64,000 bases of DNA from Camelus ferus (GCF_009834535.1 NC_045698.1:7380001-7444000); one strand, 5' to 3'; shown: positions 1 to 12,422, counted from the first letter of the stretch. Program-made: numbers and translations. The notes: generated from the sequence alone by a model not told the origin.

Positions 1-321
1 GATGTGTTCACATGCAACTTTCCCCAGAACAGTTGGGTCCTTCCAGAGGCCTCGTGGATGTCCAGTATGTAACTCCACTAAGACGGAGCAGGGGCCCCAT
101 ACTTCCCAGAGCTGAGATGGAGCCACTGACCCGTGATGGGTCATGCACGTTCCACTCTGTCACCACCTCAAACCCCAACTCATGTTTGAATCTAACGTGA
201 TGTGAAGTTAGCAGCGGTGTGACCAGGATGGCCAGGCAGGACAGGAAGTGTCCCGGCAAAGGCTGTCCAGTGGGGTCTCAGGGACGTTTGGGCTGGGATA
301 ACATCCAGCCTAGATGAGAAA

Positions 322-518
322 GCATTTATCCAGCACTTACGAGGTCTGGGCCATGTGCTAAGGGTTTAACAGCTCAGTGAGTTCTCACACCAACCGCAGG
401 AGGCGGGTACCACCATCACTCATGTTTCGCAGATGAGAACAGTACCTTGCCCAGAGTGACTTAGGCAGAAGGTGGCAGGGCTGTGACAAAACCCCGGCAG
501 TCCGACTTCAGAGCCTGG
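322..518 (-). repeat. MIR SINE (ancient)
   Basis: Reverse complement of the MIR core and tail: cagcacttac...gcagatgagaa...cttgcccagagtgac...gtccgacttcagagcc. Confidence 0.75.
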
Positions 519-524
519 GGTCAC

Positions 525-665
525 ATTTGTTTATTTTTGCTTTTATTTCCTTTCCTTTAGGAGGCAGCTCCAAAAATATATTGCGATTTATGTCAGAGCG
601 TGTTCTGCCTGTGTTTTCCTCTAGGAGTTTTGTAGTATCTGGTCTCATATTTAGGTCTTTAATCC
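525..665 (-). mobile_element. LINE-1 ORF2 fragment
   Basis: ttgtttatttttgcttttatttcc...ttttcctctaggagtttt...tttaggtctttaatcc is a typical antisense L1 ORF2 3' segment. Confidence 0.8.
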
Positions 666-1059
666 CTTTTGTAACTCATTTAAGCTTTGTAACAATACCC
701 TGTAAAGTGGGCATTGCTGTTATTAACCTCATACTATGGATGTGACAACTGAGGAGGAGAGAGGCTGAACCTCTCATGTGGGGCCCCAGGGTTCCCCGTG
801 CCCCCCTGCCCCCTGCACCCGGGGCTGCCGTGAGTGGGAGTCTCCCTGCACTGCGGGGCTGTGGTGCAGAGGACAGGTGGTGTCCTGAGGGGCGAAGATC
901 CTGGCCTCACACCTCTCTTGAGGCCCCCCCCCCCCCCGCCGGGCTCTCTGTTTAGTGATACTCACCAATCAAGGCCCCCCCCCCCATCCACAAGCAAGAT
1001 CAATGGGAATGTCCAGTCTTTGCAACTGATGAAACCAGACTCCTAGATCAGTTTCCTCA

Positions 1060-1500
1060 TGTAAGCAGTTGAGTAGTGGCCCTCCAAAAGGACATGTCCT
1101 CGTCTTAACCCTGGAAGATGTGAGTGGGGCCTTGTTTGGAAAAAAGGCCTTTGCACATGTATTTAATCTAAGAATCTTGAGCTCATCCCAGATTTAGGGT
1201 GGGCCCTAGATCCAATGATTGGGGTTTTTATACAAGAAGATGGAGGGAGGTTTGAGACACGGGGAGAAGGCCATGTGAAGACGGAAGCAGAGACTGGAGG
1301 GAGCAGCCACAGGTCAAGGGACACCTGGGGCCCCGGATGCTGGAAGAGGCAGGAAGGACCCTCCTCTAGAGACTCTGGGGGAGCAAGGCCCCACCGACAT
1401 GTGGCTTTAGACCTCCAGCCTCCAGAACTGTGAGAACAAATTGTTGTTTGAAGTCCCCCAGGCTGTGGTAATTTGATACAGCCGCCTTGGGAAACTCACA
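1060..1500 (+). mobile_element. MaLR solo LTR, MLT1C-like
   Basis: TG...CA ends; hallmark motifs ggccatgtgaagacggaagcagagactgga, ctccagcctccagaactgtgaga, ggaaactcaca. Confidence 0.9.
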
Positions 1501-1788
1501 TGCCCCATTTCCTCCTTTCTTGCCAGTTGTGTGCAGAGGGGGCATCAGAAATGCAGCAGAGCTCTAAGCTGGTCCCGAGCAAGGTCTGGATTCTAGGGTT
1601 TTCTGCTGACCCCTAAGACAAAAGCCCTTTGAGGGTTCCAGAGGTGGGGAGGGGTTGAGGACAGTGGAGGCTGAAGAGAAGTGAGGGCGTCTTGGCTCGT
1701 GTAGATGGTCAGAGAGACTTCTAGAATGGGGAGAAGCTAGCCTTGCTCCAGATAATTTTCTAATTGTCACAGACTTTCTATGAGTCTC

Positions 1789-2304
1789 TGTGGCAGGCAG
1801 AATTCTGAATTGGCTTCTGAGATCCCGCCCCCTGGCACATCCACCCTGTAGAATCTCCTGTCCTTGAGTGTGGGCAGCCCTGCGAATACAGCGGGATGGC
1901 TACTCCCCTGCTTATGTTACACTATGTACAGCTCGGGGGTGCCGGCTAGAGGAGATTTTCCTGCTGGCTTTGAGAACTTAGCTTTCACTAGGAGAGGGCC
2001 AGTTGTCCAGGAACCGAGAGCTACCTCCATCCAACAGCCAGCAACGAATGGTGACCTCAGCCCTGTAACCGCCAGGAACTGAATTCCATCAACGCCCGGG
2101 ATGGTTTGGAAGTGAGCCCCGAGCGTCAGGTGAGCCAGTAGCCTCTGGCCCCGCCTAGGCGAGGTGTCTCTGCCGGGTAAGCGAGGACTCAGCCAGCCCA
2201 CGTTGGGACTCCCGACCCAGGGACACAGCGAGATCATGAACATGGACTGTTTTAAGCGGCTAACTTTGTGATGGTGGGTGATGCAGTGACAGAAAATAAA
2301 CGCA
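1789..2304 (+). mobile_element. MaLR solo LTR, MLT1E/F-like
   Basis: Starts tgtggcaggcagaattct; contains ccttgagtgtgggc, ttcctgctggctttga, ggaactgaattc and tgttttaagc near the 3' end. Confidence 0.85.
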
Positions 2305-3215
2305 GCTTCCCAAACTTTCTCCCAAATCGTGAGTGAATGGACGGTGCTGAGCCCGAGCCTTGACTTTGTGGGAATATTTTCATGATCTCATCTTGAAAAC
2401 GGATGTATATTTTTAAGTTGTATTTTTCGATGCATCACACATGAGTTAAAAAAAGTTTGAATGTCTCTGAAGAACGCGGAAAAAGGATGAGCAGAAGCTG
2501 ATCATTGCTCACTCATGAGCACGCGCTAAGGACCCGTGGCAGGTGCCGGCTCGTCATCCTCTGTGGTGGGAGCTTCCCCCAAAGGCCCCCAGGTGGTTTC
2601 TGAGCAGAGCACCTCCAGTGGCAGGTCTCCCCACCAAGAGCTTTCCTCACACCGCACAGGGCAAGTTTCTGCAAGTTCTTCCAGCACAGAAGCACAGCCA
2701 CATCTCTGCCAGTCCATCAGCCACAGCTGATGGCAATCAGGGATCTGGAAAAAATGGTAAAAATTTCTCTTGATCGGTCTTGTAGGAACAAGAGGAAAGG
2801 GAGGGCTCGTGGTACAGCAGAGTGGGAGGAAAGGACGCGTGCCTAGTCGTCTCGATGATTTCCTGTGGGAAGAACGCACAGCTGGAGGAAGCTTTGGTCC
2901 AAAGTGAGCGCGTGGAGAACACACGGGCCTTCCACCGACTCATCAGATGATGCTTCTGCCCCCACGGGTACAAGCAGAGATGTGTATGGGGTGGGGCTGG
3001 CTGGTCAGGATGGGCGAGCAGAGAGGACTGGCATCATGCTGACTTCCTGACTGTGTTCTGCTGGTCCCCATAGTGATTGACTCCTGGGATGGATCAGCTG
3101 GGACCAGAGGAGCCCTGAGCCTTCTCCAGGTGCCTGAGTGGCAGCCCTGGAGCGTTCCTGAAGCCTGTGGGAGCTCCCTTCTGGACTTTCTGGCTCCCAG
3201 GCCCTAGTCCCCCTC

Positions 3216-3648
3216 TGTATGGGTTTCCTAGGGTTGACATAACAAAGTACCACAGACTGGGGGACTTAAAACAACAAACATGGATTCTCTATCAGTTCTG
3301 GAGGTAGAAAGTCCTAATCAAGGCGTCTGCAGGCTGTGCTCCCAAGACTCCAGGGAAGAATCTTCCTTTGTCTCTTCCAGGCCCTGGTGGCTGCCAGCAA
3401 TCCTTAGTGTTCACTGGCTTGTGGCCTCCTCCCTCCCATCTCTGCCTCCCTCTGTGCATGGCCTCCTCCTCTGTGTGTATGAGTGTCCTCTCCTCTTCTT
3501 CTAAGGACACCAGTCACTGGTCGCCCTGCTCCGGGGTGACCTCATCTTAACTAATCACGTCTACAAAGACTCTATTTCCAAATAAGGTCACAATCAGAGG
3601 TTCTGGCAGGACATGCCTTTTGGAAGGAGACGTGATTCCATTCATACA
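3216..3648 (-). mobile_element. MaLR solo LTR, MLT1B/C-like
   Basis: tgtatgggtttcctagggttgacataacaaagtaccacagactgg...ctcatcttaact...atttccaaataaggtcaca. Confidence 0.9.
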
Positions 3649-5214
3649 TTTCGTTACCCAAATATTGCTAGATTCTCGTGTCAAAAAAAGTATTAACTGG
3701 AGAAAATAAGAACAGGTTTTCTCCTTATCTCAGGAGTAAGGAAAGATGGTAAAATGACTGTCGGTGTTGGAAAGAATTTGCCATGCCCTGCAAAGATGCA
3801 TGCTGATGACAATGACAATGGCAATGTTTCTGTAGATGAGCTGCCTCCTGTCTTCACAGAGGCATCGGGAAGATTAATGCCTTGGAAATCTTCGATATTC
3901 TAGGGCTGTATTATTACTGTTATTACTGTGATTATTCTGATGCTCCCACTTTGGGGTGGCGGCTGTAATTACAGTAACTGGTGTGGACACATTAGAAAGA
4001 TTTCACGAATGATTAAGCTGTAAGTCAGTCACTTGGAGTGTGCAGTAGCTCTTCCAAGTTCCAGGAGTGTAACTGGGTGCTGGTGGAGGCGAGGGAGCTA
4101 AAATTATGATCCCCATGTCATTCATGGAGAAATTGAGACCCAGAGAATTCAAAGACTTGCCCAAGTCCTTGGAGTGAGCCAGCGTTAGAAAACTCTGGAG
4201 CCCCGCACCCCCTGCAAGGACGACCCTGTTTCAAATTTTTTACAGGCTTATCATCGGGGTTCATGCACGGCTCACACATCCCTCATTTTTCAGTGAGTGG
4301 CTTATAAACTCCCGTTTGGTCCAGTGCACTTGGCAGAGATGCAAATGCAGGGAGGTGGCCCTGGAGTTGACACCTTCTCTCGGGAAGTGGGAACAGAACA
4401 GGTGGGCAGAGGTGGGCCCCTCGTACCTGGCTCCCTGGAAGCCACAGACAGCAGAGTGTCCCCAAAGGCCAGAGGAGCTGGCACTTTCGCTGGAAGGCTG
4501 CTCCAGGGCCAGCCCTGTGACTTCCGGGCCACTCTTGTCCACCTTTCCTGCCCTGTGACTATTTCCTGGGGAGGGGGACTCCTCTGAGCTGCTGCCCCCC
4601 TGTTGAATGCGTGACATGACTGCAGTTTACAGGCTGGGAAAGGTCAACTTTTTAAGAGACTTGACGGAAAAAGATCCACACTTGAGCCTGGGAGGTGCCA
4701 AAAATAGGAACTTCTTAGCTTCTGCAAGAGCAGATCAATGAATAAATACCCCATAAACAAATGTAGCTGTGTCTGCCAGTTTTCTTTTCTTTCAGTTATC
4801 CCCTGGAGCTACGAAACACACAAATACAGATTAATAGATTTTTCATTAATTCAGAAAGCATTTCTGGACCTCGTCTCTGAGCAGGGCAATGGATGTAACA
4901 GCCAGATTCTTGAGAGGCTCGAGATAGCTTGAGGCAAATCCTCCTGGGGACGTTAGGAGGGGGTGGAGTCAGGGCCATTCTGAGAACCCCCTCTTCTGTT
5001 CCAGAAAATTTCTAAGATCCTGTGGGAGTCACGGCCTCCAGTGCCCCATTTTGGTTGCTGAATTAATCCACACTTTGGAATTGAAGCTGTGCGTGCTGGG
5101 CTGGGGACCTCGGGATTCAACACGGGGCAGGTGGCGGGCTGAGGAAGTCCTCCGGGCCTGACCCTCCAGGCGCACCTGTAAAGGCAGGCCTTGTGTTGAC
5201 TGCGTCCCTGAGCC

Positions 5215-5320
5215 CTGCTCCAAGTATTGTCCCAGGACCAGCAGCTTGGGCACCCCTGGGAGCTTGCAGACTCTCAGGCCCAGCCCAGCCCTCGAGGGCC
5301 AGATCTGCCTTTTCACGAGC
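5215..5320. mobile_element. MER5A-like hAT-Charlie fossil (partial)
   Basis: ggaccagcagcttgggcacccctgggagcttgcagactctcaggcccagcccag resembles the MER5A core. Confidence 0.6.
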
Positions 5321-5502
5321 CGCCTGCAGGACTAGAGTCTGGGAGGACTCGCTCTAGAACTCCCCACTGTGACTGAGAAATCCTCTCTGGCCTCAAACCT
5401 CCCTCCACCTTTTGGAGAAGCAGGAGCTTGGGTTGCAGGACTCCCCCTAACGGCATTCCTGGGGGGCCGGCCACCCAGAAGCAGCAGGTGCCCCTCCCGT
5501 CC

Positions 5503-6230
5503 CTGGCCACTGTGAAAAGGCAGAAAATAAGTACTGTCGAGGGTGTGGAGAAATTGGAACCCTTGGGCACTGCTGGGAGTGTAAAATGGTGCAGACACTG
5601 TGGAAAATATTTCCGTCGTTCCTCAAAAAATTAAACATAGAATGACTATATGATCCAGCAATCTTACTTCTGGTTATATACCCAGGAGCACTGAAAGCAG
5701 GGTCTCCAAGAGATATTTGTACCCGCATGTTCTTTCCAACATTATTAACAACAGCCAGTAGGTGGAAGCAACCCAACTGCCTATCAGCAGATGAATGAAT
5801 AAGCAAAATATGGTCTCTCCACACAACGGAAGGTCAGCCTTAAAAAGGAAGCACATTTTAACACAGGATACAACGTGGATGAACCTAGACGACATTATTC
5901 TAAGTGAAACAGGCCAGTCACAAAAGGCAGATACTATATGGTTCCACTTACATAAGGTACCTAGAGAAGCCGAAATCATAGAAGGTAGAGTGGTGGTCGC
6001 CAGGGGTCGGAAGGGAGTGAGCGGGGGGATGGGAAGTTCTTGTTTAATGGGTATAGAATTTCAGTTTGGGATGATGGAAAAGTTCTGGAGATGGGTGGTG
6101 GTGATGACTGTAAAACAGTGTGAGTGAACTTAATGCTACTGAATAAACTGTACACTTAAAAATGGTTAAAATGGTAAATTTTATGTTACATGTATTTTAC
6201 CACAACTAAAAATAAAAACCAAACCAAACC
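5503..6230 (+). mobile_element. LINE-1 3' end (ORF2 C-terminus and 3'UTR), L1MB-like
   Basis: gtggagaaattggaaccct...atatgatccagcaat...aaaatggttaaaatggtaaattttatgtta...ttttaccacaa plus A-rich tail; ORF 5795-6127 contains TTWMNLDDIILSETGQSQK. Confidence 0.92.
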
Positions 6231-6580
6231 AAAAAACCCCAAAATACAGACTTTTTTAAATGCTTCTTTTATTTACTATAAACAATTATGCCTTCCCAGG
6301 TCTTTCTGGTGTTTTAAAGACCAGATCCAAAGGAAAATAAAAAAATGCTGCTGGTGGCACTTCATGGACCTCTGGATAACATCAATATTGCGTACACTTC
6401 TTTTCCAGAAATTCTGGGAATTTTTTAGTGGTATACAGGGGCCCTTGGAATGGGAGATCAATTTTTGAGGGACGGGGACCCTGGAACTAACCGGCTTAAC
6501 TGCCAAGGCCCTAGGGTCATGAAAGCAGTCTGGGGATGGTGGGACCCAGATCCTTGCGGGCACTGGAAGGAATGGGGCAC

Positions 6581-6979
6581 CATAATGGGTTTGTTTCCCC
6601 TCAAAATTCAAGTCCACCTGGGACCTGTCAATGTGACCTTATTTGGAAATAAGGTCTTTGCAGACGTAATTAGCGAAGAATCTGGATTTAAAATCATGTT
6701 CTTATAAGAAGAGAGGCCAGAGACAGAGACACACAGGGGAGAAGGCCATGTGAAGACAGAGGCAGAGACTGGGGAAAGTGCAGCCACAATCCAAGGAGTG
6801 CCGGGAGCCTCCAGGAGCTGGGAGAGGCAGGAAGGATGCTCCGCTAAAGACTTCCGGGGTGGTGTGGCCGACACGGACTGGGCTTCTGGCTTCCAGAGCT
6901 GCCGGAGACTAGACTCCTGCTGTTTTAAGCCGCCCGGTGGGTGGTAACTTGCTGGGGTAGCCCACAGGACACTAACAGA
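6581..6979 (+). mobile_element. MaLR solo LTR, MLT1C-like
   Basis: aatgtgaccttatttggaaataaggtctttgcaga, ggccatgtgaagacagaggcagagactgg, tgttttaagcc. Confidence 0.9.
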
Positions 6980-8424
6980 GGGCTGCAGGCAAAGGTCTGG
7001 ACTGAGGGCTAGAGTCCCTGGGGAGCAGGAACAAGTGAAGAAGCAGGAGGGCAGTAATCAGGGTCTCCTTGTTGAAAAGTCAGGAATCTCAGCCTAACCA
7101 GTTGCCCAAAAAAGAATTCTTCAGTTCCTGTTCTTGAAACAATGAGCCAGCATCAGCTTCAGAAGTAGTTAAATCGGGTCATTCAGAGGAAGCCATCTAG
7201 AACTTTCCTTCCTTCATCTGTAGACTCGGTGGAGGTTTTGGTAAGCACAGGAACCGCTTTGGGGACCCCCACCCCATCCTGGTGAATCATAGCAGCAGGG
7301 AGGGGGGCCTTTCGAGCAGCCAGACCTGGGTCCCACTCACACCCCAAGACTGACACAGGGACAGGGGGCCTCCCCAAGGACGTTAGGGAGCAGACAGGGA
7401 TACAGACAGGCAAAAAGTAACAGAAGGATGCGACGACCGAGCTGTCCTCTGCATCTCTGCCGCCATGTCCCTCCCGATCGCAGGTCTTTCACCCACGATG
7501 ATGACACGGTGCAGCTTTGAGTGCTCAGCACGGCAGGAGTCAGCTGAATGATCCAGCTGTGGAGAGGCAACTTCCCAGATGTGCTGTCTGCTGCTGATCT
7601 CAGGGTCCGCCCCAGCGGCCCCTCCCTGCCTGAATGCCCCGACTCTGGTGTCCCGGGCTGTCGACCTGGAGGACAATTTAATGACCCGCCTGGCGTCTCA
7701 GAGAGTAAATCCAGATGCTCAGAACTGATTATTCCAATGGGAAATTTACTAAGTGAATCTGGCTGAGGGGAATAAGATATCAGAGGGAAAAGTTATCGTG
7801 CAGAAGGAAACACATCTTTCCACCTTTCAAGGGACCGTTCTCTGGAGTGGGGGGGAGCTCCCTGGAGCTGAGCTGATGGGCTCGGGCATCGTGGCTGCTG
7901 CAGGTCTGCCAAGCAGGGGGTAAACCGAGGATCACGTCTGGAGGATGAGGACATCCGCGCCCTGGGGCACCTGGCTGGAAACAGGCTCTAAAGTGGGGGC
8001 GGTGGGTGGGGTGGAGTGGAGCCCACGAAATGGGCTCGCAGGGGGCCCTTTTTTCTATTTAGATCTTAGCAGATCTCAGCTGCCTTAGAACCAGCCCCAG
8101 GCACTTCCCATAGTGGAAGTGGGTACACGTGGTACCCAGTAACCCCTCTGCTGACAGACAGGGAGTGGGTGAGGAAGTGACAGGAGAAGATGGCACGGGG
8201 AAGGGGAGAGAAAGGAAGAGGAAGTGGGTAGGGGGAGAGAAAGTGTAAATACTACAAATTAATCCTCTGGATACTTCCTGGAGGCCAGACGCTGTCCCAG
8301 ACGCCTCATGGGCACTGTGATACAGGAGCCTCTGACAAGCCCATGACGTGGGAGCATTGATCTTGCCCTTTTTATAGATGCCGAGTCTGCGGCACAGAGG
8401 CAGTTTGTGGCCTTTCTGACAGTA

Positions 8425-9285
8425 TGCTTGTCCCCCTTTATCTGCAGGGACAAGTTCTAAGACCCATTCCAAGAACCCACCCCCCGCCCAGGGGATGCCT
8501 GAAACTGCAGACAGTACCAAACCCTATAGGTACTAAGTTTTTGTCTATACATATATATCTGTGATAGAGTTTAATTTGTAAATTATGCACAGTAAGAGAT
8601 TAACAATGATAACTAACAATAAAACAGAACAATCATAATAATGTAATGAGAATTATATGAATGTGGTCTCTCTCCCTCTCTCTCAAAAATATCTTATTGC
8701 ACAAATTTAATACTTTTTCCATCTTAACTAAGCATTTATCATGCACCGTGGCTGTAAATTTGTAGTCTGAGATTCCACAGCAAAACTAACAGGAATTTTT
8801 TTCTCCTCACAATTTCATGGATAGAAGCTACATTCTTACTGTAGATCTTATCAACCTCAGTGTATGATATTTTTTTTTTCCTAATTAAGTCAAGAAGTTT
8901 CTCTTTTTCATTTCAAGGAAGCACTTGATGTTTCTTTTTGGCTTGTCCACACTGCCAGCATCACTGCCTTTGTGTTCTGGGGCCATTATGAAGTAAAATA
9001 AGGGTTATTTTTAACACAAGCACGGCCACACCACAGCAGTGGAGCTGATATCCGAGACAGCTACTAAGGGACTTAGTGGGTGGGACATGCTGGACGAAGT
9101 GATTCACATCCTGGGCAGGATGGAGTGGACGGCTGGAGACTTCAACATGCTACTCAGATGGCACAGAATTGAAAACTTACAAATTGCTTATTTCTGGAAT
9201 TTTCCATTTAATGTTTTTGGACTGTAGTTGAACACAGGGAACAAAACTGCAGAAAATGAAACCTCAGATAAGGGGGAATGAACTC
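8425..9285 (-). mobile_element. MER44 (Tigger7-derived) TcMar DNA transposon fossil
   Basis: Inverted ends gtccccctttatctgc / cagataaggggga; internal cacagtaagagattaacaa...ctctctcaaaaatatcttattg. Confidence 0.85.
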
Positions 9286-9729
9286 TGTTCATGAATATTC
9301 ACAGAAGCACAACGTGTTCACGGACACAGTGCTCAGAAGCCACGCATGGAGTTTAGATGTCTGTCCACGGTATTTGCTAAGCGAGTTCTTTGATTCTAGA
9401 ATCTACTGGACCCCAGGACTACAAGGCTGACTGTCCTTCTGGGATGCTCACAGCCTAGCGAGGGGAAACACAGATGCAAATTAATTGCAGTGCAATGTGA
9501 TGCTGTGGTTGTCCAGGTGCAGACTGACACACTGGGAGGAAACAAAGGGCCTGGAATTTCGCAGCAGGCCACCTGCACATTTGAAGAGTTCTGAGTGCAA
9601 GGGCCTCGTTTCTGTGGGAATAAATCACGGACTTGGAGTTTGATAGGGAGGGTCTCTTGATGCCGAGATGAGGAGAATGACCCTGTCCCCCTGCATGGCA
9701 GCCATGGAAAGGTTTCACGAAGGGGATGT

Positions 9730-10002
9730 GTAAGTTAGGATTTTTTCATTTGCAAAGGACAGAAACCAAATTCAAACTAGTTCAGGTAGGAAAAGGAATG
9801 TGGTAGACGGGCTCTGGGGGAAGCGGCTCTAATGACCTCAGGACTAGAAGAGGGCTTCTGAGGGGAGCCAGGAATCCTTCTGTTCTGACTCTGATCTAGG
9901 CTTCTCTGCAGGGCGCAAGTCCTCCCCCTGCAGGTGGGCACTCCCCATGTGGCAGGGCACCTCTGCGGGGCAGGGCGCCACAAGGCAGTCATATCCACAG
10001 GG
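9730..10002 (-). mobile_element. Old MaLR LTR (MLT1J/K-like), left part of an interrupted element
   Basis: gtaagttaggattttttcatttgcaaaggacagaaaccaaattcaaactag resembles the antisense MLT1K 3' end. Confidence 0.6.
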
Positions 10003-10004
10003 TG

Positions 10005-10228
10005 CTGTCAGCCCTCGAATACGCGGGTTCTGCATTCATGGATTCAACCAACCTTGGATCAAAAAATATTTTTTAAAAAATTCCTGAAAGTTCCGGAAAG
10101 CAAAACTTGAATTTGCTGTGAATTGGCAGCTACTGACACAGCCCTGACATTGTATTAAGTGTGATAAGTAGTCTAGAGATGATGTAAAGTATAAAGGAGG
10201 ATGTGTGTAGGTTATACGCAAAGACTAC
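10005..10228 (+). mobile_element. MER2B-like Tigger DNA transposon, 5' part
   Basis: ctgtcagccctcgaatacgcgggttctgcattcatggattcaaccaacc...gcaaaacttgaatttgc...gtaggttatacgcaaagactac. Confidence 0.88.
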
Positions 10229-11159
10229 TGTTAGCCAATAGTGAGGCCCCTGAATTAGGAGGCCCACCAAAGCGAGGGTCCTTGCCCGCTGGCTGAAAAG
10301 AATTCATAGCTGAGGCACAGAGGGACAGAGTGAAAACTGCTTTCATCTCTCAAAAGAGGAAAAGGAAGGAAAGTGCTTGAGCAGGGAGAATGAACAAAAA
10401 GCACGTGAATGGAGAAGAGGTGCCCGGGTGGGGAGCCACCAGCCGAGAGGGCCGGTAGAGACAGCTCCAGCCCCGGTCGGGCCGCGTGGACTTTTATGGG
10501 AGGCTCCCGCCATCATGGCCTCCTTTCAAGTGTGATGGAGCCAATCAGGCCTTGTATGGGCTTCTCAGTCCTCGCATGGGCTTTTCCACTTGCTGTCATG
10601 GCAATTGTCAAGTGTCACGGGCGCTGGTGGGTGTGCCATTCAGCTCGTTAGTATATTACAGTGAGCGTATAATGAGGCTAAAGGTTCGCTGGAAGTCAAA
10701 TCCCCCACCATCTTCAACTCTGGGGGTTCTAATCAGTTCTTGTTTCTTCTCTGCTGCTGCCTCCAGAGACTTTAGAAAAGAGTAATTGGTTTCTAGTCGA
10801 GGGAGGGGCAGGGTTATGATCCTGGGGGCAACAGCCTCGGTAACAAAAAGGAAAGTTGTTTTTAATCAGAATAATTGCAGTCTGGTGGACCCGGCATCCT
10901 TCCCTCAAAAACAAAAACAAAAACAAACTCCAAAGACTCTGTTCAGCCATGAAAGTTCCAAAGGGAGATGAAGGACTAATCCCAGTGAATTGTTGAGACA
11001 GGCGGTCGGAGTCATTGCTGTCCCCCAGTGCCTGCAGCCTTGTCCTCATTAACTGCTTGAGCCTGCTCTTCTGTGACGCAGGGAGGCCTGGGAGACCAGC
11101 TTTTCTGTAAACAAGAGGCAGGGGTTGGGGGGGAGGGCACAGGGTCCTGCTCGGTATCA
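10229..11159 (-). mobile_element. ERV1-class solo LTR (931 bp) inserted in MER2B
   Basis: TG...CA termini; 4-bp TSD ctac/ccac; CCAAT box (gccaatcag at about 10540) and minus-strand TATA-like cataaaag at about 10490-10498; splits MER2B precisely. Confidence 0.85.
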
Positions 11160-11255
11160 CCACGTCATTTGACATGAGGGACGTGAGCAACCCCCGAAGT
11201 CGGCGTCTGCGGTGGGGCCTGGAACCAACCCCCAGCAGGTACTGAGGGACGACTG
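11160..11255 (+). mobile_element. MER2B-like transposon, 3' part
   Basis: gggacgtgagca...cctggaaccaacccccagcaggtactgagggacgactg followed by TA. Confidence 0.88.
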
Positions 11256-11257
11256 TA

Positions 11258-11610
11258 CCTCCGTGTGGCAGGCGGCCAGAGGGAGTACCTTGGTGTGGCC
11301 GTGCCTACTGACATCATTTCAGTTTAGAGATCCCTGAAGAAGAGAGACTGTTCCCTAGCTTCAGTATGAAAAGCCCCTGGGAAGAACTCTGGTCTAGCTC
11401 CAGTCACATGACCAATGCTGGCCCAACCTCTGTGGCCGGGGGCACAGAGTACTTTACGTAAGCAATTACGAGTCATGTGATTCCCGTGGGACCTGGGTCA
11501 TGTGACAGCTGAAGGGCGGGAGATGAGCAGGCTGTGATTGGCAGCCCTTCCCACAGGATGAGACCTTCTCTGAAGGAAAGGGAAAGGATGCTTGTGGACA
11601 AACAACAGAT
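11258..11610 (-). mobile_element. Old MaLR LTR (MLT1J/K-like), right part
   Basis: aaaagcccctgggaagaactctgg...gtcacatgaccaatgctggcccaacctctgtggcc...gattggcagccc. Confidence 0.55.
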
Positions 11611-11904
11611 GTTCTGGCAGGAAGGGCCTGGATCAGATTGGTTTTGGAGATGACTGGGCAGGCGGCCATGTGAGGGCGGGGCCTGCTGCTTAAGAGCTGG
11701 TCAGGAGAAAGGGCACCTGCCCCGCCCCTGGGTAAGAATAACAACCCAAGCCAAGGTTTAGAATGTTATTTGAAATTCAAAATAGATTGTCTCAAGAAGA
11801 TGAATAGACTAATGAGCACTGCTTTGCTGCCAAACCGCTCCCCTCCCCTGGGGAGCCATGCAGCTGCTGTGCTGGTGAGAAGGCCCATCCTAGAGGTGTT
11901 TAGA

Positions 11905-12050
11905 CCCGCACTTCTCTCACTGTAGTGGCCCCCGGAATCTCCCAGGAATCGAGTTAACATGCAGATTCTGATCCTGGAGGCCTGGAGCAGGGCCTGAGTG
12001 CCTGCTTTTCCATCAAGCTCCCAGGTGATGGTGATGCTCTGGTCCCTACC
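11905..12050. mobile_element. MER5A-like hAT-Charlie fossil
   Basis: gttaacatgcagattctgatcc...gggcctgag...aagctcccaggtgatggtgatgctctggtcc. Confidence 0.8.
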
Positions 12051-12422
12051 CCCGAGTTAGACCCGTGAGGATTTAAAGCATAGAATCTTCGGGATGGAAT
12101 GAGAGTTGGATGATGCTCAAGCTGGTTATTATGGGAACCACCAAGACGGCCAACTCATGGTTCACTTCGGACAGGCGGAGTTGCCGTGCCCCAGCCAGGC
12201 AGGTGAATGGACCTTCTCTGCCTGCACCAGTCTCCTTCCCAGGCCACTCAGACCCACTCATGGAGAGCTGGAGAACCTGGGGAAAGCCAGTGGGGAAGGA
12301 GGGTTAGAGCCTCAGGAGGACCCCCTCAGGCACCCCTCAGGGGCAAGAGGTGGAGGGGCCAATGATCCTGAGCTGCTACCTGTCAATAGGATGGGTGGCC
12401 CAGTTCCCATACTTCCTGCTAT

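Noticed and set aside
7465..7551. 28-codon ORF behind a Kozak-like GCCGCCATG (MSLPIAGLSPT...)
   Set aside because: No nearby promoter, no recognisable peptide, and GCCGCCAT also fits a YY1-type site; compatible with chance
7491..7606. Possible C/D-box snoRNA (ATGATGA...CTGA)
   Set aside because: Box spacing and terminal stem are poor, and there is no recognisable rRNA-complementary guide
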